Source of the DNA: Camelus ferus | Taxonomy: Eukaryota | DNA: 64,000 bases | Direction: 5' to 3' | Assembly: GCF_009834535.1 (NCBI RefSeq) | Contig: NC_045697.1 | Coordinates: forward strand, 81,594,001 to 81,658,000 | In this document: positions 12,733 through 25,765 of the stretch, in pieces | Layout: every line of letters starts with the position of its first letter | Position numbering within the stretch: position 1 is the first letter of the stretch | Made by a program: the position numbers and the translations under genes | Notes under the pieces: model-generated | Seen by the model: only the letters and a program-made list of their open reading frames with translations | Told to the model about the DNA's origin: nothing | Databases searched by the model: none

Positions 12733-13282
12733 CTGTTGATTCTCCTCATCTGCGGGAGTTGTGTTCTATAAAGTTGCTGTGAACACTGAATTACCGAATA
12801 CTGAAGTACTCCCAGGGGAAATTATATACCTATATATCTATTTATGAACATGCATATCTCATATAGATTATAATTTTAAATCCTAAAAACAACTCATCCT
12901 GGTGGATTCTGTTTTTTTGTTTTTTTTTAACAAAAGAGAAAAAACGAGGTTTAGATGTGTTAGTGACTTGCCTAAGGCCAGCCCATTAACAAGTGCCAGA
13001 GCTGGGATTATAAACTCTACCCAACTGGCCCCAGAGCCAGAGTTTCCTGCACTGCACTGGCTCCTCCAGTTTCCACCCTCTGGCCATTTTTGTATGAGAG
13101 CTGAAATAAGAGGGCAAAGTGTTGCCTTGTTTGACCTCACAGCTGGGAACACAAGCCTAGGGTGACAAATTTTGTGTTACTCTGCACATATCTGCAAATG
13201 TCTGTGAAAGCACTGTAACTTAATTTTTTTCTTACAAATTAATTGTGTATAGTAGGAATTCACTTATAATGAGGATCAACTG
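12733..13282. mobile_element. Non-autonomous TcMar-Tigger DNA transposon (MER82-like)
   Basis: Terminal inverted repeats ctgttgattctcctcat / ataatgaggatcaactg (13/17 match), with TA on both sides. Subterminal sequence (gttctataaagttgctgtgaacactgaatta) matches MER82 as I recall it. Confidence 0.8.
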
Positions 13283-13375
13283 TATATGCCTCTTCTGTGA
13301 GCTCCTAATTTAATACCTTCAGCAGCAGATATTACCTCATCACATGATGTGGCAATTAATTTGAGAACCATGTAA

Positions 13376-13402
13376 GTGTGTGTGTGTGTGTGTGTGTGTG
13401 TG
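13376..13402. repeat. (GT)n microsatellite
   Basis: Perfect GT run. Confidence 0.97.
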
Positions 13403-16400
13403 CCAGTGTCTGTGTGTGTTTCAAAGAGCAGTGATGAGAACACAATAGACATATTTATGAAACAGTCACTAGATTGCTATTAAAGCCTTTTCAAAATGAT
13501 CATTGACCTGACTTCAATATGAAATGTAACTATTTATCTTGTAGTCACAGAATTTAATATTTAGGATGGCTCTTATGGGTGTTTTTAATTAAAATTTTGC
13601 AGGTGACCTTTATGACATTTAGTTAGTAATGATAATAACTTCTAATGTTCATTGTATACCTATTATATGATAAGTATTACCCTCAGTACTTCATATACAT
13701 TAGATTTTTGAACTCACATAAATATGACCTAAGTTTGTTCTTTTTTCCTACATGTCAAACAACTTTGAAATGGCTTTTCCTGCATGTTTTCCTGATTGTA
13801 GAAAACATTCTAAGCTCATGTCTCTGTATATGGATATCTCCATACCCTCCACCTAGAATCTATATAAAACTTGAGGATACACTGTTAACAAATGTCATTT
13901 AACGTTAAGAAGGTATTCTGAATATTTTAAGGTTAATTTTTAATGTACTGGCTGAACAAAACAAAAATCAAAAGTCTCATAAGGGGTACACAGTTTCAGC
14001 CTGCAGATATAGAGTGCTTTTAAAGAATGTTGCTCCCACAATAAGAAAAAAAGATGCACAAAATTTCTTTGAAGTCATTAAAAAAACTGAAGTCACAGAT
14101 AAAAAAAGTATAACTTTAAATCTGGAGAAATACAAGCACCTGCAGGGAGAAGAAGGATTTGAGAATTTGCTTAACTGGGACAGATTCTATTAGATGTTAC
14201 ACAAGTTAAGATTCAGCTACAAATGTTTTTTAAAAAACTGCTGAAGACTGAATGTGGGCTAGTGAGTATATGAAGCTCCTGGGAGTCACAGAAATAGGGA
14301 AATTTGTACCATCTTGAAAGCTTTTCTTCAAGAACCCCAAGAGATTCACAGGAAATATGGATGAGAATCTTTAAAAAGTTTTCCCTATGGTGCTGGGGTG
14401 AGAAATAACAGCCACTGTCCAAATAAAACTAGATCCATTTTCCTTCTTTCACATATGGAACAGCAGAATTTGGTTACAGGGTAAAGGTCAAGGGAAAAAA
14501 GTAGCCTGGGGCACCAGTGTCTACCCACTGGAGCTGGGGAACAGAACAGCAGCCATCACTGAAAATCTGTCTCTATCTATCTCCTCTATCTACCCTATAG
14601 AACAAAAGCCTTACAGTGCAGGGAGAATGGAAACAAAATAATAAGCTGTAAGTATTGGAACAAATGTGTAAATCCATGGCAGCTGGAAGGAGGGGGATAG
14701 TCAAACAAAAGAAAGAAAGAAAAAGAGAAGAAAGGAAGACAGGAAAGAAGGAAGGGAGAGAAGGAGAAAAGAGAAAAATATTACACTTGGGGAAGGGTCA
14801 GTTAACCTTCCAAGCCAAGGATTAGTTCTGGAAAATGGGCAGGGACACTTGTGAAGTCCAAAATTCACAGTGCCTACTTAGGACTGAGACTTACTCAGAA
14901 CAACAGAGAATTACCTCCCTACCTCATATCTGCCATCATACTAACAAACATCAAATGTAGATAAAATCAGAATACATTCAGGAAAGCTGCAAGTGATAGT
15001 TTCTCTGGTAAGAACCTTGAGGGAAAGCCTAGAGTTAAATCAGAAGATCTAAAACCAATCAGAAAGAAACATTCAGACTCAGCTCAACTACATAAACTCT
15101 AAAATCTCCGTTAAAGGCAACCAGAGGGATGGCATACTCATCTTTATGCATAAAATAGTATTTATCTTAGTTGCTATCTATCTTATACAATATGGCTAGC
15201 TTTCAACCAAAGTTTATAATACGTACAAAAAAGTAAGAAAATCGGTCAGAAACAAAAAAAAGGAATAAAATGACCCAGGCTCAGGTATGACACAGATATT
15301 AGAACTATCAGGTAGAGAATTTAAAATAAGTAAATAAATACTTAAAGACTATAATAGACAAGGTAGACAGTGTACACAACCAGATAGGTACTTTCAGCAG
15401 ATATTAAAAATTATTAGAAAAATATCAAACAGAAATGTTAGAAATCAGAGACATAGTAACAGAGGTTTAATAATACTTTTGATGAGTTCATCAGTAGATT
15501 CAAGACATCCAAGGCAAGAATAAGTAAGCTGGAAAATAGGTTACTAGAAATTATTCAAATTAAAATACAAAGAGAAAAAAAGGAGGAGGACAGGTACAGA
15601 GCATCCCACATCTGTGTGACCATAGTGGGAGGCAAACAGATATATCCGATATCTCAGAAAGAGAAAAAAGAAAAAGGGAAAGAATATATTTGAAAAAATA
15701 ATGGATGACAGTTTTTTAGGGACAAACACCAGTTTATAGAAGCAAGAACCTCAAAGAACATCAAGCAGGATAAAAACCAAAAATGAACAAACAAGACAAA
15801 CAAAAATCAATCAAATAAACAAAAAACCCTAAACCAATATATACTGTTGTAACTGATGAAAATACATATTACCTAAAAGGAATAAGAGTAACAACTATAG
15901 CAAATTTCTTATCAGAAACCATGTAAGCAAAAGATAAAGAGTGATACTTTTAAAGTACTAGAAGGAAAAAGAAATCAAAATAACTGTTAACTGAGAATTC
16001 TATATCCAAAGGAAATATTCCTCAAAAAAGGGGCTTTTGACAACTTGTTCTACAAGAAATATTAAAGTAATTTCTTCAAGCAGAAATAATACAATGTGGT
16101 CAGAAAGGTAGGTCTACCAAAGAAATGGGTTGTATCAAATATGGAATAAATAAAGGTTAAACATCAGTTTTTCCTTATTTTTTAATTCCTCTAAAAGATA
16201 GATGCTTATTTATAGCAATAAGAGAAACAATGTAGTGTGTGTTTGGAACATATATAAGAGTGAAATATATAAATAAAATGGCACAAAAGGTGAAAGGTAG
16301 GAGTAAAAAATATACTGTTAGAAGATTTTTATACTGCATAGGTATAAATCTGTAATCTTTGATGGAATAGTCATTTTATTTTTAAAATGTATATTATAAA

Positions 16401-16696
16401 CTCTGGGGAAACTACAAAAATTAAGAAAAAGAGATGCACATAATAAGTCAATAGATAAGATAAAGAGAATTATAAAAACACTCAAACTAACAGAAGGCAG
16501 AATAACAGGGGCAAAAAAAGAAGCAAAGAAAAAATGGAACAAATGGAAAACATCTAGCTTGATGGTAGATTTAGTCTAACCATATAAATATTTCGTTTAA
16601 ATTTAATGGTTTCAACATACCAATGTCATACTGGATAAACAAGCAAGAACCAACAACATATTTTTTTTTTACAAGAAATCCTCTTTAAATATGACA

Positions 16697-18360
16697 CACC
16701 CCATGACATTTTTTCACAGAACTAGAACAAATAATCCTAAAATTTACATGGAGTAAAAAAGAGCCAGAATTGCCAAAGCAATACTGAAGAAAAAGAACAA
16801 ATCTGGAGGAACAACCCTCCCAGATTTCAGACAAATACTCCAGAGCCATAGTAATCAAAACATTGTGGTACTGGCACAAAAGCAGACATATGGATCAATG
16901 GCTCAGAAAAGAAAATTCAGAAATACACCTAAACACCTACAGTCTACTAGTCTTTGACAAAGAAGGAAAGAATATACAATGGAAAAAGACATTCTCTTCA
17001 GCAAGTAGTGCTGGGAAAGCTGGACTGCCCTACATAAATCAATGAAATTAGAATATTCCTTCACAAATACAGAAAAATAAATTCAAAATGGCTTAAAAAC
17101 TTAAACATTAGACAAGACACTATAAACCTCCTAGAAGAGAACATAGGCAAACTATCCTCTGACATGAATCTCAGCAATGTTCTCCTAGGGCAGTCTACCC
17201 AGGCAATAAAAATCAAGGCAAAAATAGACAAATGGGACTGAAGTAAACTCATAAGTTTTGCACAGAAAAGGAAACTATACACAAAACAAAAGACAATCCA
17301 CATAATGGGGGAAAATATTTGCAAATGATGCAGCTGACAAGTGCTTAATTTCCAGAATATATAAACAGCTCATATAACTCAGTAACAAAAAGCAAACAAA
17401 CTAATAATAAAAAAAAAAAAAAAGGATAGAATACCTAAACAAGCATCTCTTCAGTGAAGATATACAAATGGCCAATAGGCAGATGAAAAAATGTTTCACA
17501 TAGCTAATTATCAGAGAAATGCAAGTCCGAATACAGTTTGGTATCACCTCACACCAGTCAGAATGGCCATCATTAAAAAGTTCATAAATGACAAATGCTG
17601 CAGAGGGTGTGGAGAAAAGGCAACCCTCCTACACTGCTGTGGGAATGTAATTTGGTGCAGCCATTATGGAAAACAGTATGGAGAGTCCTTAAAAAACTAA
17701 AAATAGACATCCTATTATCCAGCAATCCCACCTCTGGGCATATATATATGGAGGGAACACTAATTCAAAAAGATACATAAAACAAACAAACAAACAAAAA
17801 CAAAACAAACAAAAAGATACATGCTCCCCAATGTTCACAGCAGCAGTATTTACAATAGACAAGACACGGAAACAACCTAAATGTTGATTAACAGATAACT
17901 GGATATAGAAGGTGTGATACACATATGGAATACTTCTCAGCCATAAAAAAGAATAAAATAATGCCATTTGCAGCAACAGGGATGTACCTGGAGATTATCA
18001 TAAGTAAGCCAGAAAGAGAAAATTACCAAATGATATCACTTATATGTGGAATCTAAAAAAAATGACACAAATGAACTTATTTACAAAAGTGTAACAGACT
18101 CAGACATAGATAACAAGCTTATGGTTACCAAGGGCAAAGGGGGTGGGGGAGGGATAAATTGGGAGTTCATGATTTGCAGATATTAACTAATATATAAAAT
18201 AGACAGACAACAAGATCCTATTGTATAGCACAAGGACCTATATTCAGTATCTTGTCACAGCTTATAATGAAAAATGATATGAAAAGGAATATATATTACA
18301 TACTATATATTATAATTATAATTTTATTATTGTATATTATATATTATACTAAGGAATATT
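16697..18360 (+). mobile_element. Younger 5'-truncated LINE-1 (ORF2 3' part and 3'UTR) nested in the older L1
   Basis: ORF2 peptides [25 protein letters not shown] and [11 protein letters not shown], followed by a G-rich 3'UTR tract. It ends in AT low-complexity sequence; no clear TSD. Confidence 0.92.
17779..17810 (+). repeat. A/AAAC-rich insert flanked by a 12-bp duplication
   Basis: aaaaagatacat at 17767-17778 and 17811-17822 surrounds 32 bp made only of A and C. Confidence 0.9.
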
Positions 18361-21084
18361 ACAAATATAAGATATATAGGTCTTATTGAAATTGAAAGGT
18401 TTAGAAAGACATTTCATGAAAACGTTAAGCAAAAGAAAGCTAGAATAGCTACATTTATCTCAGACCAAGTGATGAACAAAGGATAGTGTCAGGAATAAAT
18501 AGGAATATTACATAATAATACAGAGAGTAGTCCCTAAGAAGAAATAACAACTCTTAATGTAGCTTTACCTAACAAGTGAGATTCAAAATACATGAGGTAA
18601 AAACATGTAGATCTGAAAAGAGTAATAGATAATTCCACAAGTTTATGTGAACATTTCAACTCTCCTCTTTCATTAGTTAAGAGAGTAAGTAGGGAGAAAA
18701 TCAGAAATGACATGGATAACCTGAAACCATATCATCTAACTTGATTTAATGCATATTTATAAAGAACTGTACACAGAATATGCATTAATTATGGGTCTTA
18801 GGCCATGTCTTACCACATTTAAAATAATAGAAATCTCATAAATTATATTTTGAATCATCACAAATAAACCAGAAATTAGTAACAAAAATATCAGAAAAAT
18901 CACTGAAATATTTAAATATTTAACAAAATATTTCTAAATAACCCACAGGCCAAAGAAGACATTTTGTAGGAAATTTAAAAATTTCCAACATCAGGAATGA
19001 GATAAAGGGCATTTCTACTGATCCCAGAAACTTTAAAAGCATAGTAAGGACATGCAAACTATCTATCACCATAAATTCAACAGTCTATCTGAATGGATAA
19101 ATTCCTTGAAAGACAAAAACTATCACTCATAAAATATTAGGTAATCTGAGGATAGTCTTTATTATTAAATAAATCAATACTTAAAAGGCTCTGAAAAAGG
19201 GAAAACTGCAGGGGAAGATGGCTACATTAGAAAATTTTACTAAATGCTTAATGAATATATAATACCAATTTATATCAATTTTTTTCCCAGAAATAGAAGA
19301 GAGAATATTTTCAGGCTGATTTTTGAGGTCTGCATTGTTCTAGTACCAAAAACATTACAAGAAAACAGAATTAGAGACCAATATCACTCATGAATGTAAA
19401 AGCAAAAGTCCTTGACAAAATATAGGCAATTTGAATGTAGCAATATATTAAGAAGATAATATAGCACAACCAAGTGGAGTTCATTCAAGTAATACAAAGC
19501 TAACTCAACATTTGAAAATAAGTTGATATAATTCACCACCTTACCAGGCTGAATAAAAAACTCCTATCAGTTAATATGGAAATAGCAGTCAACAAAATTC
19601 AAGATTCATTCATGATTAAAAATTCACAGCAAATTATGAATGGACATTTAATGTTGTAACCTAATAAAAGACATTTATAAGAAAACAAAAAAAAAATCAT
19701 AAAGAATGGTGAGAGAGATTGGATGCTTTCTCCCTGAGATGAAGACCAATGCAGGAATGCTCTCGTCACTTTAAGTTTATTGGAAATACTGGTAATTTTC
19801 ATAAAGCAAGAAGAAGAAATAAAATACCCACAGGGAGAGGTAGAAATAAGACTCCCCTCTTCACAGAAGTCATGACTATCTATGTAGGAAATCCCAAAGA
19901 ATCTATAAACTTTAAGAAAACCTGGATATTTACATAGTCTCAAAATATTTTAATGATATTTATTGATGTTTGTGGCGGTTTTAACATAGACTAACAGATA
20001 CCCTACACTTTCCTCTTTAGGAGGTGGAGCTTATATTTACCTTCTCCTTGAACATGGGCTGGCCTTAGTGATTTGCTTCTAATGAACTGATATGGAAAGT
20101 GAAATACAGTAACTCTACAGTAGAGGAACCTGAAGGATACAACCTTAACCAAGAGACCAAGATTAACACAATCAGTAATAAGTTGTGCTGATATATGTAC
20201 CCTTTGTTGTGATAAAACAGGAAGGGCACATTTCTCCTGGTATTTCAAACCTGATTTGAGAGAAAATAAGGAATATCCAGGAAAAATAAAGACAGATGGA
20301 GAAACTGTCACAGATTAGTGAAGACTATGGAGATATGATGACTAAAAGCAATGTGGTATCCCAGACTGGATTCTAGAACATAAAGAGGATATTTGTGAAA
20401 AATCTAGTATAATACAAAATAAAGTCTGTGGTTCATTTAATCATATTACAGAAATATTAACTCAGTATGATGTAAACATTAAGGGAGGCTGGATGAAAGG
20501 TATACAGGAACACTATGCTGTATTTTAACTAGTCTCTAAATCTAAAACTATTTTCAAAAAAGGTTTCAGAAAGTCATAGAAAAGGATAATATACATTATG
20601 CCTTTCCTAATAATCATAGCTAAATTCATGAACTGTCTATACCTGTCATAGTTCAAGAACTCTCTGGGAGTTTTTAGTACACTGATACTCTAACATTCAG
20701 GTGTCTATACTGAGAAAGACTTTTCAGTCTTAAGGCCCAGAAATCAAGGTATGACTACTTTGTGCCTTTCCAGAAGAGAACAGAAATTTAGTTAAATAGC
20801 AAGAATAATTAAATTGTAGAATTAAAATCAAAAGACTATTACTGATTCCTACATAGTGTTGAGTTGTAGAAATTTTTTTTATATATAAAAATTTTTTATA
20901 TCAATGTACCTAATCAACATTCACATAGTAATTGTGATACTGGAATAATTTTGGAAATCACACAACTGTCTTAATTATGACTAAAATCCAAGACTCTTCA
21001 TGCCCTGAGATATGATAATCTCTTGATTAATATTCTAACTAAATATTTCTATCCTCTTTCCTTTCTTTTCACGGTATCTCCCTC

Positions 21085-21238
21085 AGAGACAGCAGTAGAT
21101 AGTGATTCAAATCATAAACTGCTTCATTTAAACAGAATAGTTTGATTCCAAATTTCATCATGTACAGGGTATGTATATTTGGACACGGTTCTCAAAATGT
21201 TTTGATCATTTTTTTTCTGATTTATAACTGGAAATGAC

Positions 21239-21275
<37 letters not shown>

Positions 21276-21390
21276 TTGGCGATGATGATATCTACTCCAC
21301 AGAGTTAGCAGATTGCATGATAAGACCTTTGTAAATTACTTAGAAGAACGGGTGGTGTATGGTGTTATATAAAGTTTAACTGCCATCATT
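21085..21390 (+). mobile_element. Degraded MIR SINE containing a (GAT)n microsatellite (about 21235-21289)
   Basis: MIR-like layout (tttgattccaaat...gtatatttggaca...tttataactggaaatga...ctactccacagagtt...gtaaattacttagaa). The GAT repeat is directly visible. Confidence 0.55.
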
Positions 21391-21406
21391 AGGTAATATT
21401 CCCTAA

Positions 21407-21814
21407 TGCTATGGACTGAATTGTGTCCCTCTAAAATTCATTATGTTGAAGTCCTGACTCCCATTGTGATTGTATTTGGAGAAAGAGCCTAAAGGAAGTA
21501 CTGAAGGTTAAGTAAGGTCATAAGGGTGGGGCCCTGATCTGATAAGAATAGGGTCCTTCTAAGAACAGTCACAAGAGCGAGTACTTGCTCACTCTATCCC
21601 TCTCTGCACATACTCACCAGGAGAAACCATGAATGGACATAATGAGAAGGTAGCTGTCTGCAAGCTAGGAATACAAGCCTTACCAGGAACTGAGCCATGA
21701 TGGGACCTTGGTCTTGGACTTTCCAGCCTCCAGAACTTTGAGAAAATTAGTTTCTGTTGTTTAAGCCACACAGTCTGTGGTATTTCGTTAAAGCGTCCCA
21801 ACCCAACAAATGTA
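21407..21814 (+). mobile_element. MaLR solo LTR (MLT1A-like)
   Basis: tgctatggactgaattgtgtccc start; aggtcataagggtggggccctgatc; ttggactttccagcctccagaact; ttaagccacacagtctgtggtattt end. Confidence 0.92.
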
Positions 21815-23229
21815 CTAAAGACAATAATAAGTATCTAAAGACTGCTTCTCAACATTCCCACACTGTTTAGGTTATATCTTTGATCTGATCCCTTACTTTG
21901 TGATGGTGTAGCATTATAAAAGCTATGCCTAAGTGTGCTCTTGGACACTTCCCAACACTATATTATCAAAAAAAAAAAAAAACAACAGATTTTCTACAAG
22001 CTACCTATTATTATATTATATTTCACCATTTCTGCAGTGATCATGATAATTTTTGTATCATTACATGTGTTCATGAAAAGAAAACTCAATTACATATAAG
22101 AATTTATATTCTCAATTTCTAAAGATTTGCAGCATTTTATGTTATTTAGTATGATTTTCAAATTAATATACTATTTTTGTTTTGAATTTAGTATTATTTT
22201 AACCATTAAAAATTTCTTAATTGAGTTTTTACAAAAGCTTATTAGCAGGATAAAACTATTCAGTAATTAAAACTGCAACATATCTAGAAGTTGGGACAGT
22301 TTTGCTTGCTTCCCTTAGTACATAAATAAATAATATCTTGTTACAGTTTAAATTTCAATTATACGCAATTTGAGATTGGTTACACATAATTTTGTAAATT
22401 TCACTAATAGTTGGAAAATAAACATTGCCAATAAGTGACCGCTGTATTGTTATAAAATTAAGTAACTAAAAATAGTGTAATTAGGCATTTAAAATCAACT
22501 GTGGTTCAAAACTAGTCATTCAACTTATTCAACATCTTCTTTTCATTTTCATTTTCAATATGGTATGTTTGTTAATGGAAATCCTTTTTCAATATTCAAA
22601 AAGTCTTATTTTTAAAAATATTTCTAAATATCTGATGGCTTTGGCTGGGACAACTCCTAAGGTTCTGAACACAAATGAGCATTATACATCTGAAGATTCA
22701 CTAACGGAATAGTGACTACATTCTGCATATGTAAATATCTGATTATCTTTTCTCTGTAATTTTTCAAGGGAAAGTAATGAAGTGTTTGTTTTAATGTATG
22801 TTTCTTTATTATGAAATTAGAGATAAAATTAGTAATATATTAATAAGCACACTATTAAATCTAAGTCTTACTTTATTATTTCTGCATGGTATGCTTAGAA
22901 TGAATGTATCATCCCACACAGAAGTAATTTCCTTTTTAATAAAGTCTGAACTTTGGGCCTGGAATATGATCTATTATGGTCATAAACATGCTAGTATAAC
23001 CCATGTAGAATGTAAAACAAATTTAATTTATTGGACATTGTGGTGAATTGAATCATTCTAGGATCTGTATTATTCAGGCAATGCTGAAGAAAAGAAAGAT
23101 TAGACAAGACATATCCACTTGTTCATTTTATCAAATCTTTATTGAGAACTTTATATGCAATTGCTATTCTTTGTGATTGGGGCAAAGCAGTAAACAAAGC
23201 AAAATTCCACCTTAATGGACAAAACCTTC

Positions 23230-23819
23230 TGTGGGAGCCCATGATTGGGTTAACAAATTGTAACAATCCGAGCCACTTATCTCCTTAAAGAAGATGTGCT
23301 TAGTACCTGCCTTGAGGTTTTAGCAATGACCCAGGCCCCCAGCTATGAATGCTGGGCATGCCTGCTGTTAGTCTTCTATCCCCAAAACAGCCTTGGGCTG
23401 GAATGGCAAGAAGCTGCAGACTCAGAGGTGAGAAGGCTGGTTAGCCAATGACGGGTAAGATCCCCTGAGGGGGGCAACCTAAGACAGGCACGGCTGCCTG
23501 AGTCCAGGAAAATCTTGTCAAGCAGCTGATTCTCATATGTTCCACGCTGATAAGCTGAAAGGCTCAACATGATTATGATTCACCAAAAAGGGTCTTCTGA
23601 CCTTGAGCCAAACACCAACCACAAACAAAGCCTTTGTACTCACTGTGATCCCACTCTGTCCTTCCCTAAATTCCTGCATCTGACTGTACTCAATAAATAT
23701 GAGAGATTTGAGAGGCTCGTGGAGTTGGCTCCTGACTCCCTCTCACTCTCTTGACTTTTCCCCAAAGTCTTGAGTAATTCATTCAGTCTCGGTGGGACTT
23801 CTGCTGGCCAGAACCCACA
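23230..23819 (+). mobile_element. ERV1-like solo LTR (590 bp)
   Basis: Terminal inverted repeat TGTGGG...CCCACA, CCAAT at 23445, the ERV-LTR-like motif ggtaagatcccc...acctaagacaggcac, and aataaata at 23692. No clean TSD. Confidence 0.8.
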
Positions 23820-24369
23820 ACTTGTGACAAACACACAATCTTCAATAATTCAACATTAACAAAGTTTAAATATATAGCCCTTACTAAGGTTTTTCTACAT
23901 TATATGGAGGCCTAATGATGATCATAGAAATTAATTTTTAGTTACTTGACTAAAAGTAACGTGGTAAAATTTAGAAAAAGACAAATTGAGAGAAAATACT
24001 AAGCATCAGTGTGGAACAAAATCTCTATGTAGCTTATGGTGCATTCTGATTTCGTCTCACTTCATCTGACTCACTAGAATTCTGAAAAAAAATGAAGGAA
24101 AATTAATTAGTGCTATTTAATTCATTTATCTGTAATGTTCAATAAAGGCCCATTAAGGTTCTTTTTTTCATCTTATCTTTCTCAACATTTTAAGATCATT
24201 TTGCATCATTACCTCTGACATTGTCATTATTATCATCATCTTCGTCAGTATTCGTATTGTTTTCATTAAATGTTTATTGAATGCTTACTATGTTGTTAAG
24301 CTATTAGGTGTGATATGTACAATAGGAAGAAAGTTACATTCCAAATTCATCTTAACAAATAGCTTCACA

Positions 24370-25640
24370 ATTTATCCTACTGATCAAAGCGAACAGTTTC
24401 AATATATTTTAGATTCCTCATTATTACCACACCTTGTATCAAATCTATCAGCAAATTTTTTTGGTATCAAAATAATACTGAATCTGTTTCCCACCATAAT
24501 CTATCCCATCCAAGTCCAAGTGCCCATCACCTCTTTCCTGAACTAATGACTTCTCTGCTTCCACTCTTGTTCCCTACACATTATTCTCTACAGCAGGTGA
24601 ATACCTGTCTTAAAGGGTTAATCATATAAGATCATGCTCTTCTCTGGACTCACCAGAGTCATTTTTATTGTATTATATTCATTTTCTGCCGTTGCCATTA
24701 ACAAATAACCACACATTTAGCAGCTTAAAACACCATGAATTTATTCTCAATTCTGGGAGTTCATGAGTCTGAAATGGGTTTTACTGGGCTAATATCAAGG
24801 TGTCAGTAGGGCTATACTCTTTGTGGAGGTTATAGAAGAGTGTTTCATTGGCTTTTCCAGCTTCTAAAGGCTATCTATATTCCTTGGCTTATATCCTCTT
24901 TGCATCTCCAAACCAGCAATATCCAGTCTTTTTCATAATACATCACTCTGACCCAGACTATTCTGCATTCTTCTTCCATATTTAAAGAACTTGTCATTAC
25001 AATGGATCCTCTCAGAAGATTCAGGATAATCTTTTTAAGGTAATCTAATTAGCAAACTTAATCCCATTTGAAATATTAATCCTCCTCCATACCATGTAAC
25101 AAAATATTTACAGATTCTGGAAATAGGATGTGAATATTTTTGAGGACATTTATTCCACCTATCACATATATTTACTATAATTTCATATAATCCACCCTTG
25201 GTGAACTTTTCACTTTCATTTCTTACCATTCTGTGCCTCTCTTGATACATTGAAGGCATTGTAATCTCGTTGTTCTTTGAAAATGTGGATTTCATTCAAA
25301 TGGCAGGGACCTCATAGCACCCTTTCCTTCTTCCTTGAAGAGGAAATCTCAAAGATGCCTGCCTCAAATTCTCCTTTCTATTAATTTCATTTGCTCAAAT
25401 GTCCTGTTTTCAAGAACCTATGTAATATAATCTGTAACTATAATTTTCTTACGCTTTCTTACTTTCTTCATAAAATATATGTACTTGCTTATTTTATTAT
25501 TGTCTGAGACCTTCATAAGAATTTAAACACCTTCAGGGCAGAGAGTAATATATTTTGATTCACCTCAGTGTTCTTAGCATCTACAAAAGTGACTGCTAGA
25601 GAACAAGCACCCAAATATTTCTTACATAAGTGGATGTATG
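24370..25640 (+). mobile_element. LINE-2 3' region interrupted by MLT1
   Basis: L2-like pyrimidine-rich sequence on both sides of the LTR, and an L2 terminus (cttcagggcagagag...gattcacctcagtgttcttagcatctac). Confidence 0.65.
24669..25166 (-). mobile_element. MaLR solo LTR (MLT1C/D-like)
   Basis: tgtatta...aacaaataaccacacatttagcagcttaaaacac...cttttccagcttctaaaggc...ccacctatcaca. Flanks tttat/tatat (4/5). Confidence 0.88.
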
Positions 25641-25706
25641 TTTTTCATGTTCAGCTCTACGTTAGGTATTTCACATTTGATATCACATTTAATCTTCATG
25701 GCTCAT

Positions 25707-25765
25707 AGAAATTAGACTGAATACAGTACAGTGCTTCTCATTAAATACTCTTCAGTCTAATTTCT
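25707..25765. repeat. Perfect 15-bp inverted repeat with a 29-nt spacer
   Basis: agaaattagactgaa (25707-25721) / ttcagtctaatttct (25751-25765). Confidence 0.95.

Larger units (their letters stand above)
13990..20560 (+). mobile_element. Long degraded LINE-1 (L1MC/L1MD-like) with 5'UTR, ORF1, ORF2 (EN/RT remnants) and 3'UTR; interrupted at about 16697-18360
   Basis: ORF1-like A-rich sequence at 15300-16100. The ORF2 endonuclease start near 16570 resumes near 18370 (aagaaagctagaatagctacatttatctcagac). RT-region motifs (agaccaatatcactcatgaatg, caagattcattcatgattaaaa). L1MC/MD-type 3'UTR at 19970-20560. Confidence 0.85.

Noticed and set aside
16685..18380. TSD for the nested younger L1
   Set aside because: Only aaatat is shared between the flanks, which is too weak in AT-rich DNA.
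19970..20090. Separate MaLR LTR
   Set aside because: This MLT-like stretch is a normal part of L1MC/MD-type 3'UTRs and is continuous with them here.
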